Assembly: GCF_001194135.2 (NCBI RefSeq)
Contig: NC_068992.1
Location: forward strand, 36,477,803-36,527,008
Length of the DNA: 49,206 nt
Direction of reading: 5' to 3'
Source: Octopus bimaculoides
Taxonomy: Eukaryota
Made by a program: the position numbers and the translations under genes. The notes below the pieces were generated by a model, which saw nothing but the letters and a program-made list of their open reading frames with translations, was not told where the DNA came from and did no database searches. Of this stretch, positions 1 to 12,316 are shown in pieces (the first letter of the stretch is position 1; each line of letters starts with the position of its first letter).

Positions 1-136
1 TCTCTCATTTTTATTCACCTTTTGTTATCATCCTCATCTCATTAATGTCCGTGTCCAGCCCGCAGCTACTTTACGTTTGTCTGTCCTTGTTTGTCCCCTC
101 TTTGTAAGGCCTTAATGGCCAATCTAATGAAATAAA

Positions 137-477
137 GTAGCTTGCCCACCAGCCTCATGGTTCTGGGTTCAGTCCCCTGCGTGGCACCTTGGGCCGACCA
201 AAGCCTTGCGAGTGGATTTGGTAGACGGAAACTGAAAGCCCGTCGTATATATATATATATGTGTGTGTGTAAGTTTGTGTGTCTATGTTTGTCCCCCAAC
301 ATTGCTTGACAACCGATGGTGGTGTGTTTACGTCCTCGTAATCTAGCTGTTCGGCAAAATAGACCGATAGAACAAGTACTAGGCTTACAAAGAATAAGTC
401 CTGGGGTCGATTTGCTCGACTAGAGGCGGTGCTCCAGCATGGCCGCAGTCAAATGGCTGAAACAAGTAAAAGAGTAA
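137..477 (+). mobile_element. tRNA-derived SINE (octopus-type), 5'-truncated, with internal (TA)n/(TG)n tract
   Basis: B-box-like GGGTTCAGTCCC at ~165-177, internal AT/GT microsatellite, and a 3' body ending ...ggccgcagtcaaatggctgaaacaagtaaaagag that I recognise as an abundant octopus SINE. The family name was not verified. Confidence 0.75.
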
Positions 478-959
478 TAACTTCAAATGTACATTATCCA
501 ATGCATTATTGCGAAGTTTGTTACCTCTACTCTTGACATGTAATCAAAAGTAGCAGCGGCGTCACGCGCGTAGTTAGCCTGCTTACGAATTTCAAAGAAA
601 TCAAGACGACACTACTTTTGGCGGAGTGTCAAGAGCCAGGGAACAAATTTCATGGCAAAGCGGTGATTGTTCATTTTTTTCGTTTTACATGAGAATAATC
701 AGGCAGACTCCATAATTGATTCCAATCATGAGAGAGCTAATTGATTGTTCGGCGATGAGCCTCTTGGATAATTCAGGAATATTTTTCCACAACTTCTGGC
801 TGTTTGCTTGTGATCGGTGACCCTGAATCCTTATCATCATGGCCCGAACATTCAAGCCGCTTAAAACGCATGTCACTCAAAATCCATGTCTGACGCGAAG
901 AATGTTCACCTAAAACTCGACGGGACCTATATGCAGACTGCATCAGTAAGCTGGTTACG

Positions 960-1107
960 ACTGAAATACAGGTACGGCTCATTTTTGCCAGCTGAGTGGA
1001 CTGGAGCAAGGTGAAATAAAATTTTGCTCAAAGACATAACGTGCCTCGAGAAATCGAACTCACGACCTTGAGCTGAACACCCTAATCACTAAGCCACGCA
1101 ACTTCAC
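960..1107 (-). mobile_element. tRNA-derived SINE with CORE/Meta-like central domain (fragment)
   Basis: The reverse complement has A-box gtggcttagtg and B-box gagttcgatttc, followed by tgtctttgagcaaaattttatttcaccttgctccagtccactcagctggcaaaaatgag. Confidence 0.65.
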
Positions 1108-2899
1108 TATATCTAGTATAGAAACTAACTGGTAACATTTTTATTATCTCTTAGTTTCTTTTTAAAAAAGCGATTTGCAAAAGTTTAATTTTTGACTGAT
1201 TCATTCCATATCGTGATGTATTTGGGGGATTTCCATGAATTGATGTGCTCTAACCAGGAACATTTGTAATTTTTTTCAAATTTAGAGTATCTGAGAGTTC
1301 ATTATCAAATGTATCCTCCTTTTTAAATCAGTCGAAAGTAACTTAGAAGATTTGGTTGCCTTTCAAAGAGATTGTGCATAGTTTCCATCGTTGGCTCAAT
1401 TTTACCTTTGTACAACACACATGTGAAGTCATTCTTGTAATATTTCTACTCTGTGTAGCGGCTGACTTGTCTACATTTTAGACAGACTAGGCAAAATATT
1501 GCTTTACATGACTAGTAATTTAATGCAGATGAAGTCATTGCTCTGTAAGCGTCAGAATACCATACTTCTCTATCTGTAGATTTATATGACTTTATAATAA
1601 TATTTATTGGCTGTCCCCACTAGAAGTTTTGGAAGCGATTATCAGAAACGATCTTCTTGAATTATGTTTATCTAGTAGAAGATAATTTAAATGTAACTAC
1701 ACAAGGAAGAAGTGTAATGACTGCAGTATGCTTTACAAGACAATCGATATTTGAGACTACTAAGAAATATTTTAATCTTTTGATCATTTGAATGAAGTAT
1801 GTTTGATATGTTGGTTATCGCGGAGAAAGCGATAAACGTTATAGTATGCTTATTTACAGCTGCACACATGTGTTCTTGTACCTACATAAAACAGTATTTG
1901 AATCTATTCATTCATCCGTTTGAAGAAAATAAGAGGAGCACTGGAAAAGGTGCCGCGTCAAATCATTCGTAGCCTTCTCACAAAATTCGATGGGAAAAAA
2001 GAAGCTTAAAAGAAAAGTGATTTAGTCTACTTATGTGTAAATAGTTACTTAATGCTATAAATAGATATAACTTTCCATTGTGTAAATGTTTCGTTAATGT
2101 GCAATATTGCTTCAAAATCATAACATCTAAACATGTGATAAACTAATATTCTTAAATTAGACACCACTTGAACAAAAATTCAGATAAATTTTCCATCACA
2201 AAGATATTTACTTTCTAGTAAAATATAGTAGATTGTAAGGATTAGAAAATACAACAATCATCATGAAAAATACATTATAGTTTCTTATGTGTGTGAGCCC
2301 GCTTCTCAACTGCTTGCAAACGATAGTAGTAAGATGAGACAAACAAAAATATAGCGAAAAAGTGCAAAAATGAATTTAGGTATTAATAATAAACAAGTAC
2401 AAAACAAATGTGAGTAAAGTGACGCCGCAATAACAGTTGGTGGTTGCTAGGTACTTTGTACTATCCGAAATATAATTCTTCTACGAGACCACATATGCGC
2501 AGATTCAGTCTGAGTTGTTCAGTATGTGTTTATGTAAGTTGTAAGGGTATGTAAGACTACATTAGATAATGTCTTCTTTGCATGCTCAAGATAAGATGTA
2601 ATTTGAGTGTTATTTGGCAGTTATTTGTAGTAAGGCGATTGACTATATAAAACCTATATAAAGCGACTATATAAAGCACGCAGGGATAAACCTTCTTTGC
2701 AGTCACTGTGTTTCATAATACCAAAGAAATGAATCTTGTGATAAATCCATTATCGGTGCAATCCTGATTTAGTATGCGTCAGCGTAGAAAATATTAATCC
2801 AGTGAAAATTGAGAGCATAAACAGGGGATAGAACAACTAACAGGAGTACAAAATCAATGTAATATACAGTGAAGGAGAGTAAAAAAAATATGGATATAA

Positions 2900-3942
2900 C
2901 CAGCACTTCCATGGCGGTGAACAGGTGTGATCACCGTCTGCCAGACTCGCTAATACGCAGCCTGTCTCTTTGACTGAGCTGCAACCTTGAATCAAGTGCA
3001 GACCGAGGCAGGGCAATTGGCAGCTAGAGTATCGTCAGACGCTAGCAGCCCTCTGACAGTCGGACAATGCAGTCGATGGAAGTTCCACTTTGGTATTCTA
3101 GAGAGGGTTACTGGAGAGTATGTGCGATAACGTTCACGGGGTGGGGTCTCAAGGCGTCGACAATAGTCAACTGACTGTTCTGTTTTGGAGGACTTTCAGC
3201 TCGGAGTCCAAGAATAATTCCAAGAAATCACTGACTTGGCAATGCTAACCGGGAGCATTGCCGGTTCGGAATGATATCTACAGGCATGGAAATAACGTCA
3301 GTCGGGCTTTCCCGAGATACTGCTCAAAGCGACGAGTCTGTTCTAGACGCTCTCGTCCAGGGCCGGAGAATTGCTGATTTGTGAGTTTTTGTCGAACACC
3401 TGCTGTCACATGTAGGTCGGATCCGGCTATCAGCTGAGTCCATCGAGAAGATCGTCTCGCCGCCTTCCTTTGGCCAGGAAGGGCAGACATTGTTTCTTTG
3501 TCTGGTGGCCTTAGCGAAAAAGGTTGTGTGGTGGACCAGAGTAAAATAACTGAAGACAGATACCTTCCTCCTTAGTCAACCCTCATCAACTTTTTCAAAT
3601 TACACTTGAAAAGAAAGGTGAGGATTGGGAGGGAAGTGTTGCCTCGCAGTAAGTCTGTTGATAGCGGGTGAATGTGGCAAGGATGGTCAGAGTCAACGGG
3701 CCTTCTTTAAGCATGCGTCTGAAGATAGATTCAAAGATGATGTGGAGAGGGCACTTGCTCTAGTGGTCAGGGCGACTGTAGTTTTGTGGGGTTCCCATGA
3801 GGAGCCCTTGGAAGCGTCTCTCTTTCAGGGATTTTAATTGTTATAATTTTCATTTTTATTCTTTATTTACATTTCAATCTCACTCTAGTTGTATCCTGAA
3901 CCGTCCCAGTCTTTTTATATGAACCCTCAGTGGTTAATAAAG

Positions 3943-3945
<3 letters not shown>
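2900..3945 (+). mobile_element. L1/Tx1-clade LINE, 3' end of ORF2 plus 3' UTR (decayed)
   Basis: Translates to FVEHLLSHVGRIRLSAESIEKIVSPPSFGQEGQTLFLCLVALAKKVVWWTRV, homologous to the minus-strand copy at 19900-20582. Ends in aataaagaaat followed by a (CAT)n tail. Confidence 0.8.
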
Positions 3946-3976
<31 letters not shown>

Positions 3977-3980
3977 CATC
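3946..3980 (+). repeat. (CAT)n microsatellite / LINE tail
   Basis: Directly visible, abutting the aataaa signal of the Tx1 copy. Confidence 0.9.
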
Positions 3981-3983
3981 GAT

Positions 3984-4155
3984 AAGGCGGCGAGCAACCA
4001 GAATCGTTAACTCTCTTGGGGAAAAGGCTCAGCGGCATTTCTTCCATCTTTATGTTCTGAGTTCAAATTCAACTGAGGTCAACATTACCTTTCATCCTTT
4101 TGAGGTCGATAAGTGCCAATCATGTACAGAAGTCGATGTAATCGACTTTTCCTTC
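3984..4155 (+). mobile_element. Nin/Deu-domain tRNA-derived SINE
   Basis: aaggcggcgag...gttctgagttcaaattc (B-box), then cctttcatccttttgaggtcgataag (Nin-like core). Homologous copies at 32950, 33184, 33909, 41150, 45060 and 45260. Confidence 0.75.
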
Positions 4156-4164
4156 TCTTTGTCT

Positions 4165-6300
4165 ACCTGATCAGATATTGCCTGCACCAAACCTTCTTTT
4201 CCAATGAGTCCACAACTTCATCAGCTCGTCTAAGTCCTTTTAGCACTTCAGACTTATTGACAATGCCGTTATGAATTTCACTGCCGAGATAGGTGTAGTG
4301 TCAGCAACCCGTAACATAGGCAGACGTGGTGGAGGCCTCCATGAAGCCAACGATATTTGTCTTGACTCAAGATAATCTAAGGCCAAATGGTTCTATTTCC
4401 TCACTCAGTGAAAGGAGAACGCTCCTTGAGACATCCCGGAACTCAACAAGAATAACTGCGCCATCAGCAAAATCTAGGATTGCAATCCTAGTTTCATCAA
4501 TGAATGCACCACAGCTCAATCAAGTCACTGTTTCGCCAAGTATCCAATCCATACAGGCATTGTACGGAGAGGGAGCCAAGACACAACTCTGAAGGAGCCC
4601 AGATTTAACTGGGAAAAAGCTGTTGAACCTCAAATCTGAACTGTATTGACTGTTTCGGTATACACGGCCATCGTCTGCACAATCATTAGAGGCGGTATAC
4701 CTCGCGGCTTCAGAATTCCTAAAGCATATCCCTGCCCACCGAGTCAAATGCTTTGCGGAGGTCGACATAGATTGCAAGCAGCCCCTGATGAAAGCTCCGC
4801 TTGTGTTCAATGAGCACACGGAGATCCAAGATCCTGTCAGTAGTTGATTTCTTTTGCGTGAACCCTGACTGTTCCTGTTGCTTAGATGCAAGCAAATGAT
4901 TTCGTACTCTGTTCAGGATGGGCCTGGAAAAAATCTTTCCGGACACTGAGAAAAGGTAACAGCTCTATAATTGTTACAACCATAGCGGTCACTTTTACCT
5001 TCCGAGAGTGTTGTAATCATGCCCCTCTCCCAGCCAGGCGGTATGATGCCGCTGCTCGAGATTGAGCAGATGATCTGCCGCAAGAACAAGATTGCATCAG
5101 GTCCAATTTTCTTAATTATCTCCCCATGAGGGTCACAAATACCGGCTGCATTCCCGCCTTTCGGTTGATTTACCGCCGACCTGTCACTCACAGCAGTCAG
5201 AGAGTACACTACAACCGAGGAAAGGACACCCATAGAGTGTCAAATCCTCACCTACATAATACGGTCACGAGTGCTGAAGACAACATGGTATGCAGCACAC
5301 GGTGGATCCACCTTATACAGCTCCTCAAAGTATGATACTCAACGAGCCACCACCTTGGGCTCCTCCATCAAAAGTGCGCCATCAATGTCTAAAACTGTAG
5401 AACACCGAGCGGGAGGTTTCATCCCATCCCCGAGCAATCGATCAATCTATAGGTAGTACATGTGCCGGACGTATGAGGCCGACTCTCGACTTCATTACAA
5501 ATTTCTCAGACTTGCTTCTCTTTGTCAGACCTCAGTGATCTGACAACCACACACCTTAGCCCTGTAGTAGATCACCAAGGGCTCCACACAGCCTCGCTCT
5601 GTGTCTAACGTTCCATCAATGTGAAGGTCTCCCGGGTCATCTACAAATACGTGTTCAATTTCTTTCGCCACACTGCCAGTATTGGAATACGAAGTCCACT
5701 GATGCAACTCAGGACGCTAGTACCAGGAACCTGCAAAGCGAAGTCCATAGATTTTACAAGGTTCAGAAGCATTACACCACTTTTGTTACTGGGCCAGTAA
5801 CGCTCTCGTATCGCGTTCTGTCAACTCCAGTTGATGCATTGAAATCTCTCATGAGCAAGGACGTGTCTCTATTGGGGATACTCTCCAGAACAGGGCACAA
5901 ATGGATGTGGAATGTCTCCCTAACGACCTGTCATTCATAGCGGTCAGAGAGTACACTGCAACCGAGGAAATGACACCCGGAGAGTGTCAAATCCTCACCC
6001 ACATAATATACTCGTTGTCAGGTGTTACATCTAATACCATTTGAATCAGCAAGTCGGCCACAGCAACTGCTACCTCATGGGCATGCCATCAGAGCGCCCA
6101 AACCAATAGTTGGTATAGTCACTGGTTGAGATGTCACCACTTCCTGGCTGACACACCTCTGATAGTGCCGCTACAGCAACTCGCAAACGGCTGAATTCCA
6201 AAGACATAAGAGCAAACAAGAATCATCCTTCAGAGAGAGAACATTCTAGATCCCCATCCGAATAGACCTCCCCAGGTTGAACGAAGATTTCCCACTCCTG
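4165..6300 (-). mobile_element. RTE-clade LINE, APE endonuclease + RT pseudo-ORF (frameshifted, 3' end missing)
   Basis: Minus-strand motifs in correct order: xNVLSL, RLRVAVAALSEV, VAVYSLT, VAKEIEHVFV (APE); QSGF..STTDRILDLRVLIE..YVDLRKAFDSV, FPVKSGLLQSCVLAPS..ACMDWIL, YTYLGS (RT). Confidence 0.9.
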
Positions 6301-7963
6301 GCGGATTACACCTTTGCACCATTCAAACGTCAACGTTCCAGCTCGTCCTGTCTTTCGGGGTTTTCTCCGTCCGGCGAATAAGGGTCCTGGCGCATTTGTC
6401 CCTGTCGCTTCATACAGCGTGCCCTATAGGCAGTTGAGGTACTCTCTGAAGGTAAGAATTTTGGGGCTTTGTACAAGAGGTTGATGATAGTGAGGACTTT
6501 GCGAGGTTGGAATGCAGATACTACCTCAACCACTTTTAGCTGAAGAAAAGGCATTGTGTCTATTCTTTGGAATGCCAGTCCCCACACAGCACATTTAGAC
6601 AGAAGGCCAGTAATTTTAAGAGGAGTGGCCCAGTATTTTATTGGTAGTTTACACCAACGACTTCGCGAAGATGAAACGCAAAGTTGAGCCTAGCGAGAAT
6701 TGAACTCAGAGCACAAAGAGACGGAGCGAATGTCGCAAAGCGATAACTACAAAACATTCTATCCAACACTCATGATTTTGCTGATTTGCCACTTTTGCAT
6801 TCATAAAATGCGACGAAATTTGAACTCAGAGTATAGAGATATGCAAGTAAATACTAAAGGACATTATATTTTGATATTATTTCATGTCTTTGATACCACC
6901 ACCTTCGAAATATTAATTTTGATATTTGTTTTATATTCCTGAAATGACAAGTTGAAGATTATGATAATGATAAACGAGCTGAATTTTAAGTTTGTTACTA
7001 CTGTCGAAATAGTCTGTGCGAACAATTAAGCTTTTTGTTTGATGTCAGTTTAGGAGCAATTTAATTTTGATATAATGTATAAAATCAAGAAAATATAACA
7101 AATCAAAAAGAAAAAAAACTTGCTAAATAAGCATACAAGGCATAAGAAAGTAAATAACATTTATACAAGAATGATTGAAAGAATATTTTATTGCCAACTT
7201 ATTAGGTGGGTGCTAATCCATTTTCAGAACTCGTTTGTATACTTTATATTTGACAGAAATCAGGCTGAACATTTTAAAAATCATTATATTCATTTGCTTG
7301 TTTAATTATATTGCAACTGTTATTGCTGTCATTTCCCCCATATTATTGAGATTTATTATATTAAGATAAAATATTTAACATCGAAATACTTGGCTGGTTG
7401 AGATGGCTCACACAACCAACTTACAATATTTATATAATTATATTTCTTTTAGGAAATCTTTTTGTTCTAAATATATTAGGATGAAGGCATAGAAATATTA
7501 ATTGCTAATATTGCTAGAAATATAACACATTATGCTAAAAAACTTAAGTAAATATGCAGTAGAAGTAAATATACAATTCACGAGGAACATAATAATGTGA
7601 CAGCTTTGAACATAAATATATTGCACAGTTGTACTAGGAAAAAAGGTATACTAGTAAAAAAGGTTATACTAGTGAAAAAAAGAGCAACTAGGACTTAAAA
7701 ATCAACTTCTCATTCAGAAATACAGATACAAACACTAGATTCTTGCTTTGGCAGAATAAAATGCAAGGACAATAATAATAAATAAATTATAAAAAGCGAC
7801 GTTGAGACTGAGAAGGAATTATAACCTTATAGATGTCACCTCTTATGTAAAAAGATGAACTCTTTATGAACGAACAATGCAAAACATTCGAAAATTCACA
7901 TATTGCAGAAAACGATCGCTTAAATTCATAAAATGTCCAACATAATGCACAGAAAAATGATGT

Positions 7964-8313
7964 GCTCCAGCACACAAGAACTTGCTTTCAATCGCTGGTG
8001 TGCGTGATTGAGGCTTTAAACTGGTTCACCACTCTCTATATTTTCCTGATTTGGCACCGTCTGACTCACCATTCGTTTCCCAACATGAAAATTATTTGGC
8101 CAGGCGATAGTATCATTATGACGATGATATCATATCCGTTGTTGATGACTTTTTTGATCAAGAGGACGAAAGCTTCTTCACCAATGAGAGCGAAGCACTG
8201 CAACACTAATGGAAAAAGTATGTGGGCCGTAAAGGGGACTATGTAAGAAAATAGACCTCATTTGATCACATTCCATGAGAGTGTTTTGTTCAGCCTATGA
8301 ACTTTACAGCCGA
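7964..8313 (+). mobile_element. mariner transposase C-terminal remnant with probable right TIR
   Basis: Translates to APAHKN..GFKLVHHSLYFPDLAPSD..DDDIISVVDDFFDQEDESFF..ALQH*WKKYVGRKGDYVRK*, matching the mariner HPPYSPDLAPSD / RW.KC....GDY signature. It contains stop codons. Confidence 0.88.
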
Positions 8314-8329
8314 TTTTCTTAATGGAGTA

Positions 8330-8510
8330 CAAATTGAGGACTAATAAGGAAAAGAACATTAATTGGAAAGAGAAAGTTCAGCACGGAGAGTTTTCCAACA
8401 AACATTAGATGAAGCTGATAAATAATCTTGAAGATGGTCGAGGCATGTATCTTTCCAGGAGACAGGATTGATCCTTGCTGCGCAAGAACAAACTTTATGA
8501 ACCGGGTAGC
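8330..8510 (+). mobile_element. R4/Dong-type LINE fragment (post-RT region)
   Basis: WKEKVQHGEF..ETGLILAAQEQTL, homologous to the W..K..HG / AQEQA segments at 18.2 kb and 19.1 kb. Confidence 0.65.
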
Positions 8511-8559
8511 CGTTTACTTTGACTGTTGAAAATATGTCATTCTACATTGCATCAATCCA

Positions 8560-10700
8560 GCATCTGAAAACGGTACTGAAAGCAGCTGCCACGTGAACAG
8601 CCGCCAAGTATTGGTTCCCAACACAATCGTGCCAACTTACCATCCGGGTCAAGGAAGATCGACCCTGCCTCAAGATCCAGGTCTTTCCTTACCAGCACTG
8701 GGTCCCCGCCTACACTCCAAGTCGAGACAGAGATGCGTTGATCTCAAAGTTGTCAAGAATGTGGGCTAANNNNNNNNNNNNNNNNNNNNNNNNNNNNNNN
8801 NNNNNNNNNNNNNNNNNNNNNNNNNNNNNNNNNNNNNNNNNNNNNNNNNNNNNNNNNNNNNNNNNNNNNNNNNNNNNNNNNNNNNNNNNNNNNNNNNNNN
8901 NNNNNNNNNNNNNNNNNNNNNNNNNNNNNNNNNNNNNNNNNNNNNNNNNNNNNNNNNNNNNNNNNNNNNNNNNNNNNNNNNNNNNNNNNNNNNNNNNNNN
9001 NNNNNNNNNNNNNNNNNNNNGAATCTCGGAACCCCTTTAAAAGTTTGCTGGCGGAAATGCTTCCTGATTTTGTACAATTGTAGTTTCTGTCGCACTACAA
9101 GTACTGGTATAATAACTTGCATCTCCCACTCTCAATATATTTGTTTCGTGCTATGAGGTTCCATCAATTTTTCGTTTGCTCTCCTCGGTAGCACGAAATT
9201 TGGTTAACTGTTGCTGTTGCGCTAGGTTTCTTTTTGGGGTGAGGTGGGGTTATGATAGTGGTGGTGGTGGTGGTGGTAGTAGCAGCGGTTGTGGCGGTGG
9301 TTTTTGGTCGGGTGGTGTTGGTGTTGTTTACAATGTGTCAATGTTTGTTGTGAGAGTGTTTCCTGTGTTTGCCGGTATGGGTTGGTGTGAGGTCAGGTGC
9401 TTTTTTGTTTCGTTTTTTTCTTTGCTTATTTGGTTTCGGGGCTTGCCCCACGTCTTCACTTCGAGATGTAGAGGAGCCAGTGTCTGTGGAATCTTTTCGG
9501 AGTGTGGAAATGTGTTTGGGTGCGAGTCTATATGTAAGTGTGTGTTTGAGAGAGAAAAGAGGGAGAACTGGGTTGAAGGGCACACTGGGTGGGTCTTTCT
9601 TTTGTTCTTCTTGTTGATGTTGATGGCGACAATGGTGATGGTGTTTCGGGGCTGTTGCTGCTGATCTTACTGCTACTGCTACTTTTGCCACAGCTTCTGG
9701 TCCTACCATCGCAGATGAAGCTAAAGCTGAAAATGCCGGTACCTCCTCTGTAATTATTGATGTTGTGGATTGTGATGGAGTGACTTCCTCTTATGTTGCC
9801 CTGCCCACATTTTCTGTTGTTGCTGCACAGTTCTTGCGTTGCTGTATGTATTGTTATTGTTGTTGCAGCGGCGTTGGGACCCTTCTTTCTTCCATTTTGT
9901 TTTTTCAAGTGTGGGCAGAACACCCATAGATGATCCATCATTCCACAGAGTTGACATTTCGGTTGTTTGACCTCCACAATGACTAGTAACTCTGTTCCAT
10001 TCGGCAGAGAGATCAGGTCTGAGATATTCTCCAGCTGGACAGACTTGACATGGATAGACATTTCTATTGTGACCCCAGTCCAGTTCTTTCTCCTTGTTCT
10101 ATTCAATTTCCTCCAAAACCACGCAAGCCTGAATCTGTCACAAATATGGTTTTGGCGGCAACCCTTGTATATTTACTTCCCACACTTCTTCCCAAATACG
10201 TAGGTAAGAGAACGAAGTATTCATTGCGACGGGCGGCCAACGAGAGCTGGATTACTAGGGTCTCAGTCTTAAATAAAACTTTGATCCCAGTGAACTAGCT
10301 TGCTCTTCATACTTGGCTGATATCCTGCCATATATTGTGTAGAGTCCCTTCAATCTGGACGCTCGTGCGTTTCCAATTATCTGCATTAGAGATTGGTGCA
10401 TCTGAACATCACTGTTTTACGAGTCGTTGCGGTTTTAGTCTCAGGAGTAGGGAGCTATCTTTGCCCTTGCCCCTTCAATTTCAAAATCTAGCTACCTGCT
10501 GGTACGCGATGGACTTTGAGCGGCAAACATCTTCGTTTTATTTTCCTCCTCTTTACATGCATTGCTTCCGATAACGTTACTGTTGTTGTTGTTGCCGCTG
10601 CTTCCGCTCTCACCTGTTGGAAGAAAGGGTTTTCTCTTTGAATGTTTTCAAGCTGGATGCCGCCATCTTGTACATGGATTTTTTAAAGACGTTAAACAAG
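8560..10700 (-). mobile_element. L1/Tx1-clade LINE 5' half: ORF1 (CCHC knuckle) and start of ORF2 APE, spanning a gap
   Basis: ORF 9528-10106(-) has CQLCGMMDHLWVFC (CX2CX4HX4C) followed by a low-complexity tail. 8560-8768(-) gives VLVRKDLDLEAGSIFLDPDGKL, homologous to the APE at 25660-25863. Confidence 0.8.
8770..9020. other. assembly gap (N run)
   Basis: N bases. Confidence 1.
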
Positions 10701-11887
10701 CAGGTTCTTTTTTTTATCTTGAAGGGGAAACAAAATATCACCGCTTATGAGGCAAAACAACCGCAAAACACCAGTCAAAAGATTTTAACAAGTTATAACA
10801 AATTCCCCCCCCCCCCAAAAAAAAAACCCTCACTAAATGGGTGAAACAATTATTTTAAGTGAGACATACGGAGTGTGTTCGGAAATACATTTAGCATAGG
10901 TAAACGTGCAATATTAGTCATAAGAAGGGTACAGGTAGTCAGTAGTGAAAGCATCCAATTACCAAGTGGCCAGACATTAAAATCATTGAAAGAAGGTGAG
11001 AGTTATAAGTATCTAAGTGTATTAGAATCTAACAGAATACTAACTATAGAAATGAAAACGAAACTAAATTGAGAAAAAATACATTAGAAGAGTGAGGGAG
11101 CTAATGAAGTCAAAGCTAAATGGTCCGAATCTAGTGAAGGCTGAAAATACTTGGGCTGTAGAATTACTTAGGTCCTCAGCAGCTTTTGTAAATAGGCAAA
11201 AAACTGAATTAGAAAAGCTAGACAGAAGAACTAGGAAGGAGTTCAATATGAATGGAGGACATCACCCAAGGGCAGGAATGACAAGATTATACTTACCTAG
11301 AAAGGAAGGTGCAAGAGGGTTAGTATCAGTAGAAGACTGTAGAGTTAGCTAGAGTATATATAGGCTACTATGTAGATAATAGTGAAAAAGATTTATTAAG
11401 AGCTGCTAGAGTCACAGCAAGACATAGGGAAACCAAAAACCCAAACGAAGTTAAAAACCAGAAAAAAGAACAAAAGTTATCTTACTGATAGGAGAAGGCT
11501 TAGATTCCCAAAGATGGTTGCAACAAATAGTAGTAGTGAGACATGGTTATGGTTGCAGAAAAGAAGGCTGAAAAGAGAGACAGAAAATTTGTTACAAGCA
11601 TTAAGGACTAATTGGATAACAGCCAAGATAGATAAAAACCAAGTAGATTCCCAATGTAGTTTATGCATATCAAAAGATAAAATTGTACTCATATAGTAAG
11701 TGAATGTAGCATGCTGTCACAGAAAGATTATACGAAAAGACATGACAACCTAGGGAGAGTAATCCATTGGGAGTTATGTAGAAAGCTAGGATTTGAACAT
11801 ACTGATAAATGGTATGAACATGAACCTAGTGAAGTTATTTATATTATTTACATTTGACGGATATTTGTCCTCATCTTGTTTGTTGTT

Positions 11888-11933
11888 AACACAAGGTTTC
11901 GGCTGATATACCCTCCAGCCTTCATCAGATGTC
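11888..11933 (-). ncRNA. minimal type-I hammerhead ribozyme motif, family 1 (stem III damaged)
   Basis: Reverse complement: gacat-CTGATGA-a-ggctg-gagggtatat-cagcc-GAAA-cctt-gtgtt. Core and stem II are intact, but the ACGT palindrome is mutated to ACCT. Confidence 0.7.
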
Positions 11934-12270
11934 TTGGGTTCTCATTCCTAAGATATTTTTCGAAATTATTATTGTTGTTGTTGTTGTTACTACTACTACT
12001 ACTACTACTACCACTACTAGTGGAACAAAAGGGGTGTAGACGTAAGAGCAGAAGAATGAAGGATCAATTACTAATCGATAAGACTATCCTGGTCGACTGC
12101 AAGTGACACAAAAATTTGGCGATGGCATGGGTGGACTATAGGGAAGCATATGACATGGTCCCACACACATGGATTATTGAATGCCTTAATAATGACAATA
12201 ATATTAATATAATAATAATGATGATGATGATGATAACATCGAAAAATACCCAGGTTCGAAATTTCCCCAA

Positions 12271-12316
12271 GACACCTGACGAAGGCTGGAGGGTATTTCA
12301 GCCGAAACGTTGTTTT
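12271..12316 (+). ncRNA. minimal type-I hammerhead ribozyme motif, family 1
   Basis: gacac-CTGACGA-a-ggctg-gagggtattt-cagcc-GAAA-cgtt-gtttt: CUGANGA core, 5-bp stem II, palindromic ACGT stem III, predicted GUU cleavage after 12311, one mismatch in stem I. Confidence 0.8.

Noticed and set aside
9176-9709. Gly/Val-rich and His/Gln-rich overlapping ORFs
   Set aside because: They are alternative frames of the low-complexity tail of a Tx1 ORF1.
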